The notes under the pieces were generated by a model. The model did no database searches, was not told the DNA's origin, and saw only the letters and a program-made list of their open reading frames with translations. From the NCBI RefSeq assembly GCF_004010195.1, contig NC_057752.1, forward strand, positions 6,791,003-6,855,002: 64,000 nucleotides of DNA, read 5' to 3'. The position numbers and the translations under genes are program-made. Source of the stretch: Chiloscyllium plagiosum. Taxonomy: Eukaryota. Shown here piece after piece: positions 26,096 to 38,449 of this stretch (within the stretch, counting starts at the first letter, position 1; every line of letters starts with the position of its first letter).

Positions 26096-27134
26096 TAAAA
26101 CAAGTGGTAGCTACCAATTTGTAACTGCTGAGTTTGAAAAATATGAAGTGATTGCTTGTTGCTATGTTTCTTTGAATCAGCCAATTGGCACCATTTAATT
26201 ACAACCCCTTGTGCACACATGAGATATAACCATGTGCATCATATGCACAATGCTTATGTAACCTTCATATAAATATGCATGGAACACCAAACAGCTTCTC
26301 CCATGAGTTCTCTGTGTCCTTGCAAATGGTTCCTAACTGAATGGAAAACATATTAGGAACTGAGAAGCAGACCAACAAATGCTGTGACTTCTAAACACAG
26401 TACTAATATGCTATGTCCCACTAGCAAATGTCAGAATGTTTACACTCCAGAGTGCAGCTACTGGGGACAGATGGAAGTGCAGTCAGCTGCATTCTTGGCA
26501 TGCAAAAGCGATCACCAGTTTACTGAAATGTCTAGTTGAGCAAATTGTTCTTTAGTCTTTCCTCTAGAGGGCTCTGCTACACGAAGTACATCAATTGATA
26601 ATAAATGGTGCATATTTTAGTATAATACATCATTCGTACAGAAACATTTGAAGGTTGGGAGACAAGCTGAGAGGCTATGCATATGGAATCCTTGATTTTA
26701 ATAGAGGCATAGACCATAAAAAATCACAAATGTTACAGTGCAGAAAGAGGCCATTGTGCCCATTATGTCTGCAGCAGGTTTCTGAATGAACACCATGATT
26801 TGGAGCCATTCTCCCACCTTTTTGCCATAACCCTGAATGTTGTTTCTGTTTAAATAATCATCTAATGCCCTGATGAATGCCTTGATTGAACCTGCCTCCA
26901 CCTCAGGCAGTGTATTCCAGTTGCAAACCAATCACCTTGTGTAAATACTTGTTTTGCTAAATACTTGTTTTGCAAATCACTTTAAACCTGTGCTCTCTCA
27001 TTCTTGATCTGTTTACGAATGGAACAGTACCTCCCTGTCTATTCTGTCCAGACCTCTTTTGATCTTGACATTTTAGTGTTTCTCCGTGTTTTTTCAACCA
27101 AAGTGTATCATCTCACTACATTATGGGCTCCCTT

Positions 27135-27208
27135 GAAAACGAACCTTCCAGCTCAGCGAGCAAACCTACATTCCGAACCTCAACCTGAGCTACAAATCCT
27201 ATCAAAAC
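27135..27208 (+). mobile_element. 74-bp retroelement terminal fragment with 10-bp target-site duplication
   Basis: gaaaacgaaccttccagctcagcgagcaaacctaca... is flanked by GGGCTCCCTT at 27125-27134 and 27209-27218. Related sequence occurs inverted at 41185-41258. Confidence 0.6.
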
Positions 27209-27279
27209 GGGCTCCCTTAATGTTGCTCACAGTAACTGCGAACTAAACTCTGGCTTTATTGGGAGCAGAACAGATTTTT

Positions 27280-27740
27280 TTAAAATTCACTCATGGGATG
27301 TGGGCTTTGCTGGCTGAGCCAGCATTTATTGCCCGTCCCTAGTTGCCGTCAACCACATTGCTGTGGGTCTGGAGTCATATGTAGGCCAGACCAGGTGAGG
27401 ATGACAGATTTCTTTCCCTGAAGGACATCAGTGAAGCAGATGGGTTTTTCCAACAATCAACGATGAACCATGGTCATCAGTAGATTCTTAATTTCAGTTT
27501 TTTTTTTAATATTGAATTCAAATTCTACTGTGGTGGATTCTAACCCAGGTCCCCAGAACATTAACTGAGTTTCTGGATTAATTTTTAAAAAAATACAACT
27601 GCGGATGCTGGAAATCAGAAACAGGAGCAAAAACAGAAATTGCTGGGAAAACTCAGCATCTGTGGAGAAAAAGCAGTGACCTTCCTTCAGAACATGGATT
27701 ACTATTCTAGCAACAATACCTCTAGGCTATCGTCTCTCCA
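27280..27740 (-). mobile_element. Second-family SINE interrupted by a Penelope-end fragment (about 27590-27695)
   Basis: Reverse complement of the 25758-26095 family, split by ctgcggatgctggaaatcag..ctcagcatctgtggag. Confidence 0.75.
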
Positions 27741-27971
27741 TAAAGACATAGGAGCATAAGTAGGCCATTCAGCCCATTGAGTCTGGTCTGGATTTCACTA
27801 AGATCGTGGCTGATCTGATAATCCTCAATTATCTGCCTTTTTCCCATAATCCTCGATTTCCTTACTAATTAAAAATCTATCTCAGCCTGGACTTAACTTA
27901 ATGACCCAGCTGCTACAGCCCTCTGCAGTAAAGAATTCCACAGATTCACTATTCTAAGAATCGAAATTCCT

Positions 27972-28259
27972 TCACCCGATCCTCCAAAGAGTAACCCACC
28001 CAGACGCATTCACCTACGCTATCACTCGACATTTACCCCTGACTTACACACCCCACCTACGCATCCCTGAATACTATGGGAAATTTAGCTTGGCCAATTC
28101 ACCTAACCTGCACAAATTTGGACTGTGGGAGGAAACCAGAGCACCCGGAGGAAACCCACGCAAACACAGGGAGAATGTGCAAACTCATGCAGACAGTCGA
28201 ACCAGAGTCCTTGGCGCTGTGAGGCAGCAGTGCTAACCACTGAGCCACCATGCCACCCC
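27972..28259 (-). mobile_element. HE1-like V-SINE lacking its 3' tail
   Basis: Reverse complement of the 7081 element, from the tRNA head to ..ctttggaggatcgggtg; the tail is absent. Confidence 0.88.
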
Positions 28260-30430
28260 ACAGATTTGGAGGTAGGTGAGCACTTTGGTGATATTGACTT
28301 TAGCGATGGAAAAGGATAAGTACATAACGCAGGGCAAGAGTTATTGCTAGGGGAAAGGCAATTATGATGCAATTAGGCAAGATTTAGGATCCACTGGATG
28401 TGGAAGGAAACTGCAGGGGATGGGCACAATTGAAATGTGCAGCTTATTCAAGGAACAGCACTGCATGTTCTTAAGTATGTACTGTCAGGCAGGGAGGAAG
28501 TGTTCAAGCGAGGGAGCTGTGGTTTACTAAAGAAGTTGAATCTCTTGTCAAGAGGAAGAAGAAGGCTTTATGTTAGGACGAGATGTGAAGGCTCAGTTAG
28601 GGTGCTTGGGAGTTACAAGTTAGCCAGGAAAGACATAAAGAGAGAGCTAAGAAGTCATTTGTAGGTAGGATCAAGGAAAACCCTAAAGCTTTCTATAGCT
28701 ACATCAGGAATGAAAGAATTACTAGAGTAAGATTAGGGTCAATCAAGGATACTAATGGGAAGTTGTGCGTGGAGTCCAAGGAGATAGGGGAAGCGCTAAA
28801 TGAATATTTTTCATCAGTATTCACACTGGAAAAAGACTATGTTGTCGAGGAGAATACTGAGATAAATGCAACTAGACTAGACAGGATTGTGGTTTGCAAG
28901 GAGGTGGTGGTAGCAGTTCTGGAAAGTTTGAAAATAGATGTCCCCTGGGCCAGATGGGATTTATCCTAGGATTCTCTGGGAAGCCAGGGAGGAGATTGCA
29001 GAGTCTTTGGCTTTGATCTTTCTGTCGTCATTGTCAACAGGAATAGTGCCAGAAGACTGGAGGATAGCAAATGTTGTTCCCTTGTTCAAGAAGGGGAGTA
29101 GAGACAACCCTGGTAATTATAGACCAGTGAGCCTTACTTCGGTCATGGGTAAAGTGTTGGAAAGGGTATAAGAGATAGAATTTATAATCATCTTGAGAGG
29201 GATAGTCAACATGGTTTTGTGAGGGGTAGGTTGTGCCTCTCAAACCTTATGGAGTTCTTTGAGATGGTGACCAGATGGATGAGGGGAAAGTGGTTGATGT
29301 GGTGTACATGTATTTCAGAAAGGTGTTTGATAAGGTTTCACAGAGTAGGCTATTGCACAAAATACGGAGGCATGGGATTGAGGGTGTTTTAGCATTTGGA
29401 TCAGAAGTTGGCTGGCTGGAAGAAGACAGAGGGTAGTGGTTGATGAGAAATGTTCATCCTGGAGTTCAGCTACTAGTGAAGTATCGCAAGGATCTGTTTT
29501 GGGGCTGTTTGTCATTTTTATAAATGACATGGATGAGGGTGTAGAAGGATGGGTTAGTAAATTTGTGGATGATGCTAAGGTTGGTGGAGTTGTGGATATT
29601 GCTGAAGGATGTTGCAGGTTACAGAGGGACATGGATAAGCTGCAGAGCTGGGCTGAGAGGTGGCAAATGGAATTTAATGTGGAAAAGTGAGTGGTGATTC
29701 ACTTTGGAAGGAGAAACAGGAACAGAGAGTGCTGTGCTAATGGTAAGATTCTTGCTAGTGTAGATGAGCAGAGCAATCCCTGAAAGTGGCCACCCAGGTT
29801 GATAGGGTTGTTAAGAAGGTGTACAGTGTGTTAGCTTTTATTGGTAGAGGAATTGAGTTTCAGAGCCACGAGATCATACTGCAGCTGTACAAATCTCTGG
29901 TGTGGCTGCACTTGGAGTATTGCATGCAGTTCTGATCACCGTGTTATCGGAACGAAGTGGAAGCTTTGGAGTGGGTTCAGAGGAGATTTACTATGGTGTT
30001 GCCTGGTATGGAAGGAAGGTCTTATGAGGAAAGGCTGAGGGACTTGAGGCTCTTTTGTTGGAGAGAAGAAGGTTGAGAGGTAACTTAATTGAGACATACA
30101 AGATAATCAGAGGGTTAGATAGGGTGTACAGTGAGAGCCTTTTTCCGCTGATGGTGATGGCTAGCACAAGGGGATGTAGCTTTAAATTGAGGGGTGGTAG
30201 ATATAGGACAGATGTCAGAGGTAGTTCCTTTACTCAGAGTAGTAGGGACATGGAACACACTGCCTGCAACAGTAGTAGACTCGCCAACTTTAATGGCATT
30301 TAAGTGGTCATTGGATAGACATATGGATGAAAATTGAATTATGTAGGATAGATGGGCTTCAGATTGGTTCCACAAGTTGGCGCAACATCGAGAGCCAAAA
30401 GGCCTGTACTATGCTGTAATGTTCTATGCT
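28260..30430 (+). mobile_element. 5'-truncated CR1 (HER1-like) LINE, ORF2 reverse transcriptase with frameshifts
   Basis: SPGPDGIYPRIL..VPEDWRIANVVPLFKKGSRDNPGNYRPVSLTS, QGSVLG, KFVDD, LQRDMDKL and RRLRG.LIETYKI motifs; ends in an (atgttct)-type tail. Confidence 0.95.
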
Positions 30431-30435
30431 CTGTC

Positions 30436-30840
30436 TATAATGTGTAACCCCTAATTCTGAAATTATGCCTTCTGGTCTTAGACTCTTCCACAAAGGGAAA
30501 CAACCTTTTACTTCATCTCCCCTGTCAAGTCCCCTAAGAATCTTGTATGTTTCAATAAGGTTGTCTCTCATTCTTCTATATTCCAACGAGTGCAACCCAA
30601 TCTACTCAACCTCTCCTCATAAGATAGTCCTTCCATTCCTTGTATCGCCTAAGTGAATATTCTCTTGACTGTCTCCAATGGAAGTGTATTTTCTTTAAAT
30701 AAGAGACCCAAAACTGTTCACAGTATTCCAGCTGTGGTCTGACTAGTGCATGGTAAAAATTTTAGCAAAACCTCTCTACTCTTGTACTCCATTCTCTTTG
30801 AAATAAAAGCCAACATTACTTTTGCCTTCCCTATGAACTT
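30436..30840 (-). mobile_element. Older CR1 3' fragment (continuation of 27745-27971)
   Basis: ORF HSLEYRRMRDNLIETYKILRGLDR on the minus strand; collinear with the CR1 tail left of the SINE/LINE block. Confidence 0.8.
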
Positions 30841-31289
30841 GGATGTGTTGACACATGTTTAGGTCATTTCCAAAAATCAAAGTGGCTCTTTGTCTTGTGT
30901 AAATTAGATCATATAAACAAGCTTTTCAAACAGAATCTAAAGAATGGAAGAATAGGCTTGCTCTGATGTAGCACTTGATCACATCTCAAAAAATTGACAT
31001 ATAATGGATACCTTATCTGAAATTTGATTCAATGTGTATACTGACAATATCCAGCTTCACCTCACCACTACCCCAGTGGACCCTGCACTGCTTACAAAGC
31101 AAGAGTATACAGCAGCATTACAGGACAGCTATTTGGCCAGAGTTGAACAGAAAGGAACAGCGTATACAAACACTGAAAAAGAGCTGTAAAAGAGGCCAAA
31201 GTATGGGGTGGGGGGGAGGGAAACGAATGGTTAAAAAGGCAAAATTAATGGCTCTTGGATGCACATATGTGTTGAAACAAAATAGATGA

Positions 31290-34030
31290 ATGAGTTGTTA
31301 AATACTGGTTAACAGGTAAGATTATAAATCCATTATGGAGCCATAGTTACAAGGATATTAAAACTGGGAACTACATATTCAGGAGTATGTGACTTTTTAA
31401 AGGACAAGCAGGAAGGAAAGGATAGTGGGGTAGCACTGTTGGTACGCAATGAAATACATACAATAGCAAGAAATGATCTTGAATTGGAAGATGTTTAATC
31501 CTAGCGAGTTTTGATGTTTAATCCATATGTTGGAGATAATAAATAAAATGGGGAAGGAGGAGTAGTCTATAGGCTCCCTAACGAAAGCTATATTGTAGAA
31601 CGGAATAAATCAGGATGTATTAATGAGGGCATGTCACAACTGAGGTACATTTATCGTGGGTGACTTTAATCCTCATGTAGGTAGGGATAGTTAAATTGGC
31701 AGAAGAAGCCATGAGGAAGAATTCATTTGAGATAGTTTCCTCGAACAACATTGAGTCATACAACATGGAAACAGACCCTTCGGTCCAACTAGTCTACGTT
31801 GATTATGTTCCCAAACTAAACTTAGTCCTACTTACCTGCGTTTGGCCCATATCCTTCCAAACCTTTCCTATTCATGTGCTGATCTAAATGTCTTTTAAAT
31901 GTTGTAACTGTATCTGCAATATGTTGTGGATCTGGTGATGTGTAATGAGGCAGATTTAATAAATGATGTCAGGATAAAAGATCCTCTCAAAAACAATGAT
32001 ATGGTAGGATTTAGCATTCAGTTTGACAGGGAGGAACCTGAGTCGGAAGTAACTTGCTAAACTTCAACAAGGGCAATTTACAAAGGAATGAGGGCAGAGT
32101 TGGCTGGAGTGGACTGGAAAAAGAGTTCACAGCAAAGACAGTTGCAGAACAATGACAGACATTTAAGAAAATAATTAATTGCCCACAGCTAAGACAAACT
32201 CCAGTGAGGAAGATGGATTCTAGAAAGGGGATATGCCAATCTTTGTCAACCAGGGAAAATAAAGATAGTCTCAGATGGAAGAGAAAATATACAATGTGGC
32301 AGAAATTAGTGGTAAGTTAGAGGATTTGGGAAAGTTTTAAAATCCAACAAAAGTTGACCCAAAAAATTGAGAAAAATAAACATGCAAGTAATGTTAAGAT
32401 GAACAGCAAGAGCTTCTTCAAATATAAGAACAGAAGAGAGAAATCAAAGTTAACGTGGGCCCCTTAGAGAATGAATTGGGGAAATTAAGAATGAGGAAAA
32501 GGCAGAGGAATTGAATACAATCTTTGTATCAGTCTTCATGGAAGATCTTCTTAGAAGACACAAATAGCATTCCAAACTTACTAAATATTCAAGAGGCAAA
32601 AGGAGGAGAGGAAATGCATACAATAATTATCACTTCAGAAAATGTGTTAGGGACACTAATGGGGCTAAAGACCAGTAATTCTATGGACCTGTTGGGATGC
32701 ACTCTAGTGTTAAAAGAAGCAGCTACAAATGTAGTGAATGCATTGTTAGTAATCTTGCAGAAATCCTTAGATTCTGGAACAGTTCCAGGTAATTGGAAAG
32801 CCTTATTTAAAAAGAGACGGGTATTAAAAAAAACTGTAGGCCAATTAGTGTAATGTCTGTTATTGGGAAAATGTTAGAGTCTATTCTTAAGGCTGTAATA
32901 GCAGAACATTTAGAAATACACAATATGATCAAGCAGAGTCCACATGGCTTCATGAGGGGAAATTATGCCGGACAGATTTATTACTATACTGTGATCAGGA
33001 TAAATAAAGAGGAAGCAGTGGATATATTTGGATTTTCAGAAGTCATTTGATAAGGTACCACACATTGGGCTACTTTATAAGAGTCTATGATGTTGGAGGT
33101 AGTATAGGACAGACAATTAGGATAATGGAGGCATTTTCAGTTTCACTGTAACTAGTAGAGTGCCACTAGGATCACTAATTGGATCACAAATAACTTGGAT
33201 GAAGGAAGTGAATGTACTCTAGCCAAGCTTGTAGATGAAAGAAAAATACGTGGGAAGGCAGGTTGTGAGGGTGACACAGTCTGCAGAGGGATGGAGACAG
33301 GTTAAACAAATGGGCAAAAACTTAGCTGATGAAATATAATGTGGGAAACAAAATGTGCTGTGCACTTTGGCAGGAAGAATATAAAAGCTGGATATTATTT
33401 AAATGGAGAAAAAGTGCAGAAAGTTACCGAACGGAGGGACTTGGGAGTCCTTGTCCATGAATGACAAAACACTAGCATCCAACTTCAGTGGATAATAGGG
33501 AGGGCAAATGGAATGTTAGACTTTATTTCAAAGGGATTGGAGTATAAAAATAGGGAGGTTTTGCTAAAACTGTATAAGGCACTAATCAGGCAACAGCTGC
33601 AATACTGTGAACAGTTCTGGGCACTTTATCTAAAGAAAGACATTTTGCCATTAGAGGCAATCCAGAGAACGGTCACTAAGTTGACACATATAGAAGAATG
33701 AAAGATGACCTTATTGAAATATACAAGAGTCATGGAGGACTTGACAGAGTAGATGTGGAAAAGTTGTTTCCTCTCGTGGGAGAGTCTAGGACCAAGTGCC
33801 AATCTCAAAATGATGGGTTGTACTTTTAAAACAGAGATGAAGAGATATTTCTTCTCTCGGAATTGAAGCTGTGGAATTATTTACTGCAGAGGGCTGTTCA
33901 AGCTGGGTCACTCGGTATATTCAAGGCAAAATTTAATCAATATGAGCATCAACCGTTTTAGGGAAGAAGGTGGAGTTAGGGAATTATCAGATCTCGTTGA
34001 ATGGCAGAGCAGTCTTGGGTTGAATGGCCA
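31290..34030 (+). mobile_element. Long, heavily decayed CR1 LINE ORF2 (endonuclease to 3' end), with a younger inverted CR1 tail at about 31750-31915
   Basis: GDFN endonuclease remnant (gtgggtgactttaat), SLDSGTVPGNWK, SVIGKMLESILK..SPHGFM and KGLEYKNREVLLKLYKAL. Confidence 0.85.
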
Positions 34031-34832
34031 TCTAGTTTTATGGTCTTTATAGTCAATTAAATACTTTCGAAGTGCAGTCAGTCTTTCACTGAAGATGCTT
34101 TAATTTTAACATTTCTTTGTTTTAAAATGTTTCCATGGTCTTACCCTTGCTTTTTAATCTCCACCAGCCTTACAATCCTCTGAAATCTCTGCAATCTTTA
34201 TTTCGGTCTCCTGAGCTTCTCTGGTTTTAATTGCACCACCATTGGCAGGCTGCATTCAGTTGCCGAAACTGATTCCCTTTTACTACTTTGTAAACATTTT
34301 CCCTCTTTAAGACAATCATGATTTCAGTTATTAAACATAATATCTTGTGTTTCTTGGTGTCAAATTTTGTTTAATAAACCCTCCAAATCCCCTGTTCTGA
34401 CTAAACCCTTGCATTCATGCTCTAATATCATGTGATTTTGTTTCTGTCCCTGTGGAGATCTTGGGGATTCTTCCACCCACAGCCCCGCAAAAGAAATAAT
34501 GAGAAGATATATTATTGGGCATGTGGGGTGGCCAATTTAGATGTACAGTGCATTCCTTACAATATTTAACAGTACAGATTGCATCTAAGTTTGCACTGTA
34601 CTCGGCACTATTGGCATTGATAGCCTGAGAGGTTTTACAAGAGTTCGAGGCCCTTACTGTATAATAGGGGTGTGTATTCTGTACCCTCTTCCTGGTGAAC
34701 CGACTCAGTTTTTCATTATGATAAACAGACTATATAAAAGTTGTTGCAGCGAGTTTTGAGAAGTTGTTGTGTAAATACAACGACGTGTGGTACAATTCAA
34801 CTGGAAAGTTATCAACCTGAAACGATAAAGTG

Positions 34833-35066
34833 AAAGCAAAACACTGGATGCTGGAAATCTGAAACGAACCAACAATGTTGAATATACTTAGCAGGTATGG
34901 CAGCATCTGTGGAGAGAGAAAACAGTTAACGTTTCGAACCTGAAATGATACTTCATCAGAAATGAAAACATTTAACTGTTTTCTCTCTCCACGGACGTTG
35001 CCACTCCGGCTACATTTCTCCAGCACACTGTTTCGGATTTCCAGCCTCCGTAGTGTATTTTGCTGT
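34833..35066. mobile_element. Palindromic Penelope-derived element directly upstream of the RPS26 promoter
   Basis: agcaaaacactggatgctggaaatctgaaac..ggcagcatctgtggagagagaaaacagttaacg is mirrored by ttaactgttttctctctccacggacgttgcc..tttcggatttccagcctccgtagtgtattttgct. Confidence 0.8.
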
Positions 35067-35094
35067 TTTTTTACAGCTGGGATGGCCCGGTGAA

Positions 35095-35402
35095 TTCTGA
35101 TTGACAGACTCGCCCACCAATCAGCTCCGGCTGGTTCTGATCGCGCGGTGTTCGCTGGGACACGTCACATTACTGTTGCTGCAGTGCGTGAGCATCCGCT
35201 TAACAAACAAGTTCCCTTATAGTTCGTGGTGTAATAGCATTTAGAAGAGATTCTTCGACGAATATCTTGAAGATTTGCCTTCATGAGGCTGAGAGAGTGG
35301 TCAGGATGGTTTGAGATTTGCAGCATGAAGACGTTTTGACGAGTTGCTGGAGGGTTGAGGCGAAGATATAAAAGGAGCGCGCGCCGGTTGCCCTTTCTCT
35401 TT
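35095..35402 (+). promoter_or_regulatory. RPS26: RPS26 promoter: CCAAT box, TATA box (35367-35373) and polypyrimidine TCT/5'TOP initiator (35391-35402)
   Basis: CpG-rich region with ccaatcag near 35117, TATAAAA at 35367, and CCCTTTCTCTTT about 25 nt downstream, directly before the short 5' UTR and ATG. This is the standard ribosomal-protein gene architecture. Confidence 0.88.
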
Positions 35403-35418
35403 GTGACTCGTGCTGAAG

Positions 35419-35421
35419 ATG
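35419..35421 (+). CDS. RPS26: RPS26 coding exon 1 (ATG only)
   Basis: gaagATG is followed immediately by donor GTGAGT, and exon 2 begins with codon 2 (Thr). Confidence 0.93.
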
Positions 35422-36145
35422 GTGAGTGTGGGTTTGAGGCGTCAGAGAGCTGAGGGGAGTTGTATACCGACCACCGCCCCAGTGTCCTGAATAACGAAGA
35501 AGAGTGCAGTTTTTCAATTCCCGTCTCATTTCCTTTGCGGGAGGGCTTTCTCAATTTGGGATGTTGGAGCGTCAGCTAAGCTGAGGCCTACCGATTGCAG
35601 GCCAAACACGAGTTCTCCCGAGACGTGAGCTGAATTAACCCTGCCCGACCTCGCAACAGCTTTACTCTCTAAAGCTGTTTCCGCACCATCGTTAACTGGG
35701 TGGTTAACCCTTGGTGCAGATTCTGAGGCGGGGAATTTTGGCATCCGTTCGAGATAAAACGTGGTGCCCGACCGGGACTGTGGCAAATTGCTGTCGGTAG
35801 CAAGGGACATTATTTGGGCTTCCTCATGTTCCTCTTCCAGGAAATACTCGATGTAGGAGGAACAAAATGCCCTATTTTACGTGTCAGTGACTGGAAGCTG
35901 AATGGTTTTTAAAGATTTTATTTAAAAGATTAAACTATTGAAATACTACAACTTTCTCGTTTAAAGCTGCATTGAGCCGTGTATATACACTGGAGTTCGC
36001 TGATCCACATCACTGTCCAATCATTTTTACTGCTAATTGGATGTTGGAATCGAGAGTACGTTGGCTACATTCAGTGTCTCCTGTTTGTAGTTGTAGAATA
36101 CAATAACATGAAGTGCAGCGCGTTTCAACAGTTTGCCTCACTTAA

Positions 36146-36379
<234 letters not shown>

Positions 36380-36471
36380 TAGTGAATCTGAGGAATTTCT
36401 TATATCTTTGACACTGGTTTTGTTCATAATTGTTGTATGCTGTTGCTTAGTTTGACTCTCTTTATTTCCAG

Positions 36472-36602
36472 CATATGTGCTGCCCAAGCTGTATGTAAAA
36501 TTGCACTACTGTGTCAGCTGTGCTATCCACAGCAAAGTGGTGAGAAATCGCTCGCGAGAGGCCAGGAAGGACCGCACTCCACCTCCACGTTTCAGGCCAG
36601 GC
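36472..36602 (+). CDS. RPS26: RPS26 coding exon 3
   Basis: tttatttccag acceptor. Encodes (A)[43 protein letters not shown]. Donor GTAAGT; 131 nt. Confidence 0.98.
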
Positions 36603-36694
36603 GTAAGTATTGAAGCTCCTGCTAAATGTTGAACTGGTGGCACTCTGGGTCTAGGTATGGCTATCTAGTGAAGTCACTTTACACCCATGACTTG

Positions 36695-36875
36695 TTTAGA
36701 TTAGATTAGATTACTTTACAGTGTGGAAACAGGCCCTTCGGCCCAACAAGTCCACACCGACCCACCGAAGCGCAAACCACCCATACCCCTACATTTACCC
36801 CTTACCTAACACTACGGACAATTTAACATGGCCAATTCACCTGACCTGCACATCTTTGGACTGTGGGAGGAAACC
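36695..36875 (-). mobile_element. 5'-truncated HE1-like SINE in RPS26 intron 3
   Basis: (ttaga)n tail, then cagtgtggaaacaggcccttcggcccaacaagtccacacc..ggccaattcacctgacctgcacatctttggactgtgggaggaaacc. Confidence 0.85.
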
Positions 36876-38083
36876 CTCTTAGCCAAATGGTGATTCTGTT
36901 TCACTGGGGCTGTGATTCTGGTTCCAAGGTGGATTTGGAGGCTCTTGAAAGGTTATTGTAACTGATAATATAAATTAGGAGCAAGAGTAGACCGTTGGCC
37001 CCTTGAGTCTGCAATGTAATCATCATTAGGCCCCTAATTCCAGATTTTATAAATTCAAATGCCATCTTTGCCATGGCAGGATTCAAACCTGGAATATTAC
37101 TAGTGCTCTGGGGATAGTACTAGGCTGTCACTACTTCAATTTGAAATCCAGTTGTTTACTAGTTCAGTCCTTAAAGGTGTCTACTCATTTGTCTGTATTT
37201 AGTTTCACTGAAAATCACTATCACAGACATTTCCCAATGACTCATATTGGTCCTAAGGTGCCTATAGTTCCCAGTTTTCTTTCTGCCTCCTTTCTTAAAT
37301 AGTAGTGTTCCACTTTGACAGTGAAACCCTGCAACATTCATTACCATTGGGGGCTGTAGAAGCAGTCATGGTAGTTTTGGAATGTGAAGGTTTTGGCAGT
37401 AGGTAGGGATTGTGGGTACAGGTGTCAAAACGCTACTTGGATAAGCGTTTGCCCCTAGTTAAGTGAGGGGAACTTGGTTGTGGTACCAATTGCAGTTTTC
37501 TGTTTTCCTCTGGGCAGTGCTAGGCACTTAAAGAAATGTTCTGGAGTTTGGCTTTGGAATTTTTCAAAACTCTCCTTCATCTTCCTTTTTCCCAGAAAAA
37601 GATCCATTGGGCTGGGAGAGAACGTGACTTGAGCAGAAAGGCAACCTGCTTCCAACTCCCACTTAGTATTAATTTTGCCAAGGCCAGCTTGGAGGATATA
37701 GTACATTAGGCAAATGTATTAGTTAAACGTGTTAGTGAAATCAATGCATTAATTTAGTCCTGGTCCACTCCCTTTGTCCTTAATGATCAAAACCTAGGGC
37801 CTTCTCTCTCTCGAGCATAAATTATTGATGTATTGCTTTGTTTTTGTTTATTCAGTAAGATTGTTTCTTACCTTGACTTTTATTTGAAATTTGTGCTTAA
37901 ATGTGCCAGGCTTAGTCTTTGTGAAAATAATTCTCTGAAACACTTGGACATAGGTACTGTGTGAATGATTGTTAAGCAAACCTTGCATCCTTTATCTTGT
38001 GATAGGTGACAATTTGAGGAGATAAAACAAAAAAAAACTTCATATTATTCGTGGGTTATGACCTATAATATCTTTCTTTTCAG

Positions 38084-38122
38084 GCCAACATCCCACGTGG
38101 TCCTCCTCAAAAGCCGATGTGA
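38084..38122 (+). CDS. RPS26: RPS26 coding exon 4 (C-terminus and stop)
   Basis: tctttcttttcag acceptor. Encodes ANIPRGPPQKPM-TGA, matching the ...PPKPM end of vertebrate eS26. Total CDS is 351 nt (116 aa). Confidence 0.93.
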   Translation, partial: ANIPRGPPQKPM

Positions 38123-38154
38123 GCATTGCTAGATCCTATAAATTGATTTGAAAG

Positions 38155-38160
38155 AATAAA
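38155..38160 (+). terminator. RPS26: RPS26 polyadenylation signal
   Basis: AATAAA 32 nt after the stop, followed by GT-rich gttttgtgtg. Confidence 0.88.
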
Positions 38161-38449
38161 GATGCTGAACAACTGAAAGTTTTGTGTGAATATTTACTAA
38201 TTTTGCACCTTGTGTTTTTCTTTACCTTGAAGATATGATGGTTGGGTTTTTTCTTGTACAATAAGTTGAGCAACAAGTTTCCACCACCCAGTTGTTTCCA
38301 GTAGTGAGTAGCTGCCTGGTGTTCTGACCTCTAATTTAATTGCTGCTGAAATTCTGCAATGGTATGAGGAGAGAATGAAATTGAGCTCCATTGCAGTGAT
38401 TTCTGTCAAGAGAATCAGATAGTCATAGTGCAGTTAGGGTAGTGCAACA

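Noticed and set aside
37955..38020. Possible C/D snoRNA in RPS26 intron 3
   Set aside because: No exact RUGAUGA and CUGA pair or terminal stem could be identified.
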